Of a DNA stretch of 64,000 nucleotides, positions 53,606-64,000 are shown in pieces. Both the position numbers and the translations under genes were made by a program. Each line of letters opens with the position of its first letter. The first letter of the stretch is position 1. The stretch comes from Chrysomallon squamiferum (taxonomy: Eukaryota > Animalia > Mollusca), in the NCBI GenBank assembly GCA_012295275.1, contig CM022674.1:16430001-16494000 (forward strand), read 5' to 3'. A model generated the notes under the pieces. It did no database searches. It was not told the origin of the DNA and saw only the letters and a list, made by a program, of their open reading frames with translations.

Positions 53606-56600
53606 TGTTTCTAATAAACATTCACAAGAAACAGACTGGCACAGAAGAAGACGACATGAAATGACCAGCAGCGATAATCCTACACACTGACCAATGGTTA
53701 AAAGAAAGAACAGATTCACAGACTAGTCGGTGGTATTCAGCTTCTGGAGAGTATGTCAGTGATCATTCCTCAAGGACTGGTTATTCGAATTCTACTGAAA
53801 ATGATGATAGTGAGGACCAGGAGGAGGAAAATACAAATTATTTACATACTGTGGAAGATTATTCTTAAAAAATTTAATGAATATACAGAGTTCTCGAAAC
53901 TGATGAAGGAAAACAGTCTTCCTGTAGAAGCTAAAAATGTTTCATGGTTTCATGAACATGAAGAAGACTTTTTGCTTTTCACAGAGAACAGGAAAATTAA
54001 AATAGTTTCTGTGTTTTCAGAACATGCCAGAATTTGTCACTATTACAATACTTCTCAGTGTAGAAAAAAAGACTGCGCTTTCTTCACATATGTACACAGT
54101 TTGTACTACGTCAGTGTAAACGCTCTTCTGGTCAGTGTCTTTCACATAATTCTTTTGACAAGAAAAATAAGAATAGCATTGAGGAGATAGGTTTGGGATA
54201 TTTGGAAAATAAGAACATTGCAAAGGTTGTCAGATGCAGCACCCCTGAATGGTGTGAAGAATATCAGAATGGTGTCAAACATGATGAACACTGTCCACTA
54301 ATTCATGTCTGTAGAAAGGAGGACTGCAGTAAGATGTGTGGCTTAGAACATGACATCAGGTCATCTGAACACAACCAGTGGGTGCTTAAAATGTTTAATT
54401 TATGTGATTTCCCTGAATCTGTTCTCACCAACATGCTTCTGTCCAGATAACTGAATTACAAGCATGAAAAGGAAAATAAAAATAAAATGACCGATGCTGT
54501 TGAACGTTCAGAAGAGAAAGGTGAAACTCATGCTGAAGAACTCTGTGATCAAGTTCAGCAACTAATGCTAAACAATGAGAAATAATCTGCTGAGGCTAAA
54601 GTCATAGATCGTCCAGTTCCTAAACCCTGCATAAAGTCTCTGCCTTCAGTTGTCGTTGCTTCTGTTGGAATATCTCGTGAGTCACACGATAATGATGTTG
54701 AAGAGGTTTCTTTTGCAATATCCCAGTTATCACATGACAGTAATGTGGAAGAAGAGTCCGTTGAAAATTCCCAGTAATCAAATGACAGTGACGAAGAAGC
54801 AGGTCCTAAGTGCAGTGCTCTCTGTGAGAAATACATCTGGAGTCAATGTTCCAAAACTTCACACTGCCATGGACCTAATTGTTTACCATACCTCTGGCTG
54901 ATAAAGATGCAAGGACGGTGGATTTCCTTTGATGAAATGGAAAATGAAAAGATAGAAAGTTCATTTTGTGACCGCGATAGAAAAATAAGAGATGTTAAGG
55001 TCAGTTATCTACTTATATCTAAATACTATAGTCTATACTATTGTTACACTATATTTGTGTTTCATTAGTACAAAAACACATTTGGAGTAAATTTTGTTTT
55101 TTAATAAAAGAAAAATAACTGATGTATTGATTCTGAGATCTTCCGTTTTAACAGTTATTTAGCTATTGTTTTTATCAATTATCACTTTTGATATCGCCTA
55201 AATAATATCTTTTACTGTATTATTAAGTGATTTCTGTAAAAGGGTGAACATTCATTTGCTAAACTGCCTTGAAAACTTGAGTACTTATAATATTTTTTAT
55301 TTTTTATTATTCTTTAGAAGAGAAAGTAATATTTTTACTCTTACTGTAAAAGAGTGATTTAGCCTTTGTTACTAAACATGGTGATTACATAACCAATGTT
55401 TTTCAGTGTAAAAATAATCAGAATATTTTGTTTTTAATCTGTACAATCAGCCCATTTGCTTTTTTCAATTACAGAAACTATTTTTCCTTTTAAGTAGCAA
55501 TGTTGGAAACTACACAGGGATAATTAATTATTTTATTTTTATTTCTAACAAGAACTTTATTTCAAATATGAATACAGTATCAAGAATAAGACATCAAGAA
55601 TAAGATATGTGTTGTGTAAACCAAGAAATAATGATATTCCAGGTTCTTGATTATCTATAACAATGAAAGTAACTACAAAATAATTAAACTATATGCAGTT
55701 TGTTTCTAATAAAGATACTGTATTCATATTAGCAAAATATAACAATATTGATATTTTTAAGTTTGACAGATTTGATCAAGATTTACCCCCAAACAAACCA
55801 AATACTTTGAAAGCTGTTTTCAGCATTTTACGGTTTCTACCTCTAATGAGTTTGTCATTCCCATTACAGTTGATGGATCTTCTATGATGACATATAATTT
55901 AAAAATTTAATGCTGCTTAATCAAGTGTTACTAATGTGTCATTTTTTGTTTTTTTTAAATTGCTGACAAGCAACATTTTGTCAGAATATTTCTTTATTTA
56001 ACTTTTTTTTCTATATTCGGTTTATTTGATTTTTTCTTGAGTTTTCTTTTTTTTTTCCTTTTTTTTTTCTTCCCCTTGTTTTTATGTATTTAGCTTTTTA
56101 TAGGCCTTCTTTTTGTATATATGGTTATTGTGATTCATGTTATTTATATATTTCTCTTTTTGAAAGCTATCTGAGGTCTCTATGGCATTAATCACATATG
56201 AGATAATGACTGCTACAATGTACTTCAAACACACAGATGAAGAAACATTTGGAGAATCCACAGAAGTTCAGCGACTATCAACTCCTTCCTATGTCACTGG
56301 AACTGGCGAGAATATGGCTGAATTAACACAGTGGTGTTGGTATTTCCAAGATGATAGAAGAAACTGGTTACCATAAGAATCAGTAAGTAATGAAATAGTA
56401 TGGTCAATGCACAGATCAAAACCACATTATGTGTTTTAGAGTTTGAAGAAAAAATAAGACATGCCCAGACTAAATCCCAGATGGACATTTTTTTATTTAT
56501 CAAGTGGCTTTACTTTTGTTTTTGTTATTCTGTTTATTTTCTTTCAAACCTAGGTTTTCTGTAAGAAAAGCCCCCAGGCTTTTGTTTACTGTGACATAAT

Positions 56601-56704
56601 TATGAAGTTATTTGCTTTTAATTAATAAATATATTTATTATTTTGTAGTGCTGTTTGAAAATACAATAAGCAAGAATCTTTTCTTAGCAGAAGACAAAAT
56701 TTTG

Positions 56705-56915
56705 CTGTTAACAACACACTCATGCATTTTATTTTCAGTTACATGGTAGCAGAGTTATGATTAAAGAGCACCAAGACAATGAGAGAGGAAAACTATTGCA
56801 GCCACATCATGGGCTGCTCTTTCCTCTTAGCAGCAAAGAATAAGTTATATGCACCATCCCACAGACTGAATAATAAGACCGGAGAGTCTTAGTTACACCA
56901 GTTGTGGAGTATTAT
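56705..56915 (-). mobile_element. tRNA-derived SINE-like element (MetaSINE-like) in an intron of PARP copy 3
   Basis: gagagaggaaaact...gccacatcatgggctgctctttc...ttagcagcaa...tatatgcaccatcccacagac...gttacaccagttgtggag resembles a common gastropod SINE as recalled; related copies occur at 7385 and 34920. Confidence 0.55.
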
Positions 56916-59900
56916 ATAGTTGCTACAATTTTTACAAATGACCTCACGTTGATAGACTGCATTCAGTTAATTGCTGAAAACAGTAATATTTTTATTATAC
57001 TGAATTTCAAGCCTTATGTTGATTTTCTAACAATACCTTCATTCCTTCTTAACAAACTTAATTTTTACTGTTGCATTTGCTTAAAGAAATACATTTTATT
57101 ATATTGAATTCATGATTTTATTTATAGATCGCATCTTAATCTGCCAACACAGAAACCTATGGTGTCAGTGGCTTCACCAGATGGCTGGGCACCCCTAGAC
57201 TGTTATCAAACAGTAGAACTTGTGAAATTAAAACAGGGATGTTCAGAAGAAGCTGAGATGATCCACAATTTATTTTTTTCTACAATAGATCACTCAAGTG
57301 TGGAAATCATATCACTATTTCGTATACAGAATCCAGTACTGTGGGAAAAGTACTGCAGGTTGGTCTCTAGAAATCACCTGGAACACATACTTTTATCCTG
57401 TTCTACACGTTTTGTATACATCCAAATTGATGTTTCCTTTGTTAACAGTAATATGTTATGATAAAAATTTAAACCCAAGAAAAAGTGTAAGAGTAATGTT
57501 ATCAAACCTGAAATGTTAATAGTTGCAGAAAAAAGAACAACAAATCAACAAGTGTACAAATTATGGTAGAGTAACAATCTTAAGAAATAGACTGCATTTT
57601 GTTTACCTAAAACAGTGTTAGTGAGGATTTAAAGAGAAGAGAGTAATAGCGGTTTCAAAGATTTCCAATTAGCTATGGGATGTAACCTCAGTATCTGCTA
57701 ATTGTGAGGATGTCTTAATCTCTATACTACTAGGGCTAGTCATTTATAATTTGCAATTTATTGCAATATAAAGAAAATAAATCAATATACTTATTTTCTT
57801 CTTAATTGCAGTATGAAGAAAACAATGGTGATGAAACTGCAGCAGGAAGATAGCACAGGCACAGTTAATGAAAAACACCTTTTCCATGGAACTGATAGCA
57901 AAAAAGAATACAGTCATAGCTACACCAGTGGCCCAGTGAGATCAGAGTTATCCAGAAGATCTAATTCAGTATGCCGTTACTGAGAGTTTGAATTAGTCAT
58001 GTTGGTAATCTGAGTTCAGTCGTTCCAATTGTTTCCATTTGAACACAAGTACCAAGCAGATTTTCTCCTAATCCATGTACAGGGTTTTCAGTGACACAGT
58101 CTCCAAGCTCATTGCAGCTAGGGCATCCCAGTGTTTAATTGAGTAAAATTTAGTTAATAAGAGGCATGTTAAAATTCAGATTCAGCTATATACAGAGAAA
58201 GAAAGAAAGATAGATAGATAGATTATGTTTGTTGTGTTCTCTGAGCAATTAATATCACCAAAAATATTTTTAATTACTTTTGAAAAGAAAGATAACCTAT
58301 TTAAAAGTTCCCAATATTTATGATTTTATATATACAAATGTTTACATCAAGTTTTGGATTAGTTTTTTTTTCTGTAATAAAGCTACTGAGATGGGAATGG
58401 TATCAAAATCGATGTATTTTAATATTATGTAATTTGATGTCAGCCAAAATAAACTTAACCCTTTTTATTAATAGAGTATCACTTTTTTCTGTCCAATTTG
58501 ACAATATTATGTGACAAGCATTGCTATTCTATTATCTCTAATGAGTTGAACCTTTCTGTGTATTTTTTATTTATTTAAATGTCATTGTCTATGGTGAATC
58601 ACAAAATATCACAGTCTATTGAATTACACTGTCAGTATCAGAACATACCGGTACACTGAATATCATTATTTTACTGATGTATTTTAATTTATGTCAATTA
58701 AGATGACAATATTATGCAACACTCATGATATCACAGTATACTGAAAGATATTTTCAATATCAAGCCATACAGACAGTCTGGATTGTGACTGTATTTGAAA
58801 TTATTTAATTTGGTGTCATTTAATATGTTAATAGTATAGTATGTGATATTTCGAGTATCACTGCATTTTCTATCAAATTTGAGATATCTATGAATTTTAG
58901 ATGGTCCTAACAGTATCGCTGGAAATTGCAGACACTCCAGCTGTTATTAACAGGTCTAACATGGTTTGTTACTAAAGTGATTTGTTGCCCAATTCTAAAT
59001 ACAGGTGTAATATAATCACCAGTTTGTTACAGCTCTCACAGTTTGCTTTGGACTGTTGCAGGAATATCAAAAGGCATGACAGTCAAGCTGAATCAAACAG
59101 TACCAAAAAATGGTGTCATTTCACTTTTTCAGCATCATCTGACATGGTACTTGTACCAAACAGCAGTCTCCTGATTTATGGCTTATATTATTGTACAGAA
59201 TTGTGGGTGTACTAGTATTCTGAAGTGAAAATAATTCTGCTGTATATCTCTGTATAACACATGTGAGATAGTGTTTACATTCAACACTTTAATTTTACTA
59301 GTGCTACAGAAGTAAAACATAAAATTACAAATAATGAAATAAATTTTATTAACAGTCATCATTTAGAATAAACAGAAATGGTTAAACCTGTAATAAGTGT
59401 GCATGTTTGATAAATATATTTAATAATTAACTCTATTATTGGAAAACATTAATAATAAAACTACTCAATTTGACATTACTGTTATTGCAAATGCGTGTAC
59501 ATATGTAGCAACATAGGAAAACAAGTTGGATGTCGCACAATGTAGTTTTGAGTCACAGCCTATTAATGTTGTCCAATGCATCAATATTTCAGGGATTTTT
59601 TCAGATAGTTTTTAAAATATCTCAACTCATGTATTTAGATGTTTTTTTGTTCTTTGTGTTTTTGTGTGACCTCTCAAGATCTTAGTTAACAAAATTATGC
59701 TAAAACAAGGACTTATTTTCCCAAAATTCATCTAAAACCCATGACATTACACCCTATTGCCTTGCATATCTCTGATCTGTAGAATGTGGTTTATTTATTC
59801 CATCAAAACTTGAGTTTTTATAATTTTCACCATGTGACTGGTTATCCTATTATGACCCATACATATATCTTTCATATGTTTACTTGATAATAAATTACTT

Positions 59901-60546
59901 ACCAGATACAGTATATACTAATACTGACTTATAAAGAGTGATAATGATTTATATTAATTTACATAACAATGAGTTGTACTACTACAAATTTTGTACAGAT
60001 TTCTACTTTTTGTTTTGTGTTTCTTCAAAATCAATTAATTAAACTAAATGTTAGGTGTATATAATAAGGATTATGTAATAAAAACCTAATTAAAATAATT
60101 TTCTGTTGTATCAATAATGGTTAAAATAAAAGTTGGATGTGGGTGCCTTTGGATTGATTAATTTAATTCATTGTTTTAATTTTATTTTTTAATTTTATTT
60201 TTTTTTTCCTCTTTATTTTTATTTTTTTCTATTTTTTTTTAAGCTCTTTATTTAAAACTTACTACTATTATTGTTATTGTTATTAGTGTTATTATTGTTA
60301 TTATTGAAAAAATAATAATAAACTGGTTCAGAGTGTAGTGTAAAGTGCCTTTAAAACATATCATCATTTACCATAATTTTGTACCACTACACAAACTAGA
60401 ATTTGTTTAATCATCATAGAATCTATTTCTGAACTGTTCATTTTCCACTTTACTGGTTTAGTATCTTCCAAAACTGTATAAATATACACATTTGTCACAC
60501 AAACTATCATTTTAAAATAATAAATTACATAAATATATGTTTTTTT

Positions 60547-60580
<34 letters not shown>

Positions 60581-60944
60581 TGTATGTGTGTACATATATC
60601 TTATCTCATCTTGTTTTCAGTATTAATCTTAATTTTCATGACATGAAAGTATTTTTTAAACTTTAACTGCTTATGCAAATAAAATCAAATAATCGGTAAC
60701 TTTTTGTTGTTGTTGTTATTATTTTATTTATTTATATGCTGTTCTGACACTAGTGGCAGTGACCTTGATTAACTAGCTAATTTAATTAGGAAAGTACATT
60801 CCACGTTAATATGATTGGAAGTTAATTAGTGTTAGTTATTTTAATTAATGTGATTAAATATAACGACTTTTTTTCTAATATCACCAATAAATCATTTAAA
60901 AAGAGAAGAAAACTATAATAATAAGAATATAAGTGCTTACATCG

Positions 60945-60982
<38 letters not shown>

Positions 60983-62040
60983 GTGAAGCTGTGTTATCGT
61001 GTGCTTGTTCATACAATTTATTTCCGGTTTTCCAACCTTTGAATTATGGGTAAAATTAGACCAAATAATTATTTGTTTCTGTAATATCAATACCGTTCTG
61101 TATTTTATATTTGAGTATTATTTTTAAATTTTAAAGATAGATGAGTATTTCACCAAGTGCAATAAAACAAAGCTAATTGGATTAGACTAGTAAATGAGTA
61201 ACAATGTTTGAGGACGATATTGAAGTTATGAGGGGAGAGAAAGAAGAACGAAAAAGAACTATAGTGTTCTTGTTGCTATTATCGTTATTACTTAAAGCTT
61301 GGTGAGTCTAGAAAACCCATTGTTAAGTAATATAATGACAGTGAATGTGCACTAAATGGTCTCCCTCGACGACTAGTTGCGCCAGTGAAAGACAGAGGTG
61401 TCAGAAAGTTAAGTTCGTAAGCAAGATTTCGGGAATAATTTTTTGATTTATATTATATTATATTATATTTATATATATTTCATTTCGTTTTATTCATTTT
61501 ATTTATTTATTTATTATTTGAATGCATGCGGGGATGCTTTTTTGTCGGGGGGAGTCTTGGGACAGTTTAAAATTTAAATTTTAAATATTATGTTAAGTTT
61601 TAAACGACATTTCGTATATTTCAAGCCAGTAAAAACACTTCATATTATAGCATCCATGTGTAACGTTGTTTGTTTTCATTCTACCGTCAGGCTACTAAAA
61701 TACATTACAGCGAAAATAAGTAGGTAGATAAATGAAATGGACAAGAAAACAAAGATTGAATTAAAGTAAATATACTGTTATTTAATTAATAAAGAAAACA
61801 ACAACAACAACCCATAAACGAAAGAGGAAAACAATAACAAATGAAAAAACGAAAAATATTTCACTTTTTCTCTGCACTAACATAATATCATAATCATTTT
61901 ATACAGATGAGTGGGTGGCGGATTTTTTTATAGAACTTTGTCTACACTAAACAACTTTTTCTACAATAACAATAGCTGTAACAGAAATAAATAAATAATT
62001 CAATGTGAAATATCGGTTTCAGCAGTTTAAACTAATATAT

Positions 62041-63108
62041 ATAAGAGATTGTGGCATCGGTTCCAGCAACACCAAACAGCACGTGACCGTCCCAGATCAG
62101 GTAGACCACGTGTAACCACCAGGGCCCAGGACCGCTACATACGGGTACGTCATCTACGGGAAAGAACCACCACGGCTATCTCTAGTGCTTCAGCAATACC
62201 AGGTCTACATAGAATATCGGCTCAGACAGTGCGCAATCGTTTACGTGAGGCAGGTATTCGAGCCAGACGGCCTGTAAGAAGAGTGGTTTTGACTCAACAA
62301 CATTGTCGACTACGACGTCAGTGGTGTCAAGTGCACAGAGTCTGGCCTCAATTACGATGGAAAACTGTCTGTTTAGTGACGAGGCTTGATTTCTGCTTCG
62401 TCGAGCTGATGGAAGATGTCGAGTTTACAGACGTCGTGGTGAACGTTTTGCTGCAAACTGCATACAGGAAGCGAACAGATTTGGCGGTGGTAGTGTGATC
62501 GTGTTGGCAGCAATCTGATACACTGGCAGGACCAACCTAGTTCACATCCAAGGCAACTTAACGGCACAGAGATACCGAGATGAAATTGTGCAGCTACATG
62601 TCGCTCCAATTATGAATAATGGTAACTCTGTATTCCAGCACGAAAATGCGAGACCACATATAGCCAGACTCACAACAGCTTACCTACACAACAATAACAA
62701 TCAGGTCCTGCCCTGGCCCTCTAAATATCCGGATCTGAACCCTATAGAGAATTTATGGGACGAGTTGGATAGACGACTGAGGCAGCATCAACTTCAGCCA
62801 CAGAATCGTGCTCAGTTGGCATTATTATTACAGACAGAGTGGGCCACCATTCCACAAGGTGTAATTCGTAATGTCATTACGGCCATGGCAAGGAGATCTC
62901 AGGCAGTTCTGGACTCCCATGGTGGGCACACAAGGTATTGATATTATACTGTTATAACCTTGAACTTTAACCTTTTCAATGTAATACCGTCAATATTAAT
63001 GAATTGCGAAAGTGTGTGTAAAATGTGAACATTCTGCTGCTTTCTGTCGTCAATTAGATATATTCCCAGTGTCAGTAAAATCTACTTTTCCGTTTCTTTT
63101 TTGGGAGA

Positions 63109-63112
<4 letters not shown>
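62041..63112 (+). mobile_element. Tc1/mariner DNA transposon, 5'-truncated, frameshifted transposase (62049-62941)
   Basis: RPRSGRPRVTT...DR HTH linker, ISAQTVRNRLREAG, FSDE (frameshifted near 62370), FQHENARPH, WPSKYPDLNPIENLW, GGHTRY C-terminus; TA-rich flanks. Confidence 0.93.
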
Positions 63113-63143
<31 letters not shown>

Positions 63144-63249
63144 TATCTAATATAACTGCCGCACCACGTATATTTTTTCAGTATCATATCTGAATAATAA
63201 ATAAATAAATCTAATGAAAGATATAGAATTATTTTGTGCTAATGTGTAA

Positions 63250-63634
63250 GCGCAAAATGCCATAGCCGGAAGTTGCGTCCAGTTTGCCATCATTTGGAAC
63301 GTAATGCACAGTATCCGGAAGAAAGCGAAGCAATAACAGAGAATTAGTTGCACAGGAAATGAAAGTAGAAATTTCCAAAAGATCAGGTAAGCTGATTTTC
63401 TGAAAGTTTTATTACGCTGATTGATCATATCAGACGATAAAACAAGGTAAGAACAGTCTGCACTCTTGCAGGCATGTATCTGATTTTTATTATTATTATT
63501 CTACGCCCTCTCCACAAGAACGAGCTGGCTTCATGTCGATCTTAGCACCGGCACGGACGAAATGGCTCTACGGTTATGTGAAACTATATACTGTTTAAAA
63601 TGATTATGTCATTGATCTTGTTGTTATTCATGTT

Positions 63635-63672
<38 letters not shown>

Positions 63673-64000
63673 AAAACACACACACACACACAGACACACA
63701 CACACACACACACATATATATATGTAAAGGTTTTATCAGTTTGAGTTCTATTTGTAAAATTCTATCTGCTAAACATTCATCCTCTTTCTTGTACATGTTT
63801 AAATTCACCGAAAATAAAATTATAAACATAAAACTAATATTTAAAAATTAATAAGGATAAAATGTTTTTTCCTTATATATATATATTATTTTCAGTGAAT
63901 TTAAACATGTACAAAAAGATGTTGAATGCTTATAAATAAAACTCAAAATGACCAAACTTTTGATAATTCAGTATCAAATGTATTTAAAAAAAAACAAATA
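63250..64000 (+). other. 5' end of a fourth ZAP/PARP12-like copy (non-coding exon 63250-63386, intron, exon 2 starting 63896)
   Basis: agatcag|gtaagc matches 38239 and 44685; 63500-63600 matches 38405-38510; ttttcag|tgaatttaaacatgtacaa matches 40179 and 45323. Confidence 0.8.

Larger units (their letters stand above)
52724..57945 (+). pseudogene. ZAP/PARP12-like gene copy 3 (more divergent, RGG-rich N-terminus), pseudogene
   Basis: ATG at 52724 (MRRYSERRSVLQ), RG repeats, CCCH region 53850-54450, WWE pieces (LPYLWL...W; ELTQWCWYFQDD...W at ~56170-56383), PDGW...RIQNPVLWEKYC at 57129-57358, MKKTM...NEKHLFHGTD at 57812. Many in-frame stops and an internally deleted catalytic exon. Confidence 0.88.

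Noticed and set aside
58590-58870. Possible MITE with atatcacagt/actgt sub-repeats
   Set aside because: Terminal inverted repeats and a target duplication could not be defined by eye.

Overview
AT-rich, intron-containing eukaryotic DNA, probably from a mollusc (inferred from the gene families and a SINE-like repeat), with one 200-N assembly gap. The window looks like a rapidly turning-over innate-immunity cluster. From left to right: (1) an orphan, frameshifted PARP catalytic exon on the minus strand; (2) a minus-strand NLR-like gene (STAND/nSTAND3-type P-loop NTPase plus ankyrin repeats) whose small upstream exons encode a RHIM-like motif; (3) an ~11 kb array of eight ~1.4 kb units directly upstream of that gene, resembling an amplified promoter/first exon; (4) a decayed segmental-duplication mosaic holding a PAN+fibrinogen-domain (FReP) gene that lacks one exon, tyrosine decarboxylase 3' exons and LINE fragments; (5) three tandem ZAP/PARP12-like genes (CCCH zinc fingers-WWE-PARP) on the plus strand, with paralog-specific coding minisatellite expansions, plus the 5' end of a fourth copy with a Tc1 transposon inserted just upstream. 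Almost every gene has a lesion; several are single-base indels in homopolymers and may be assembly errors. Exon boundaries were read by eye and no database searches were run.
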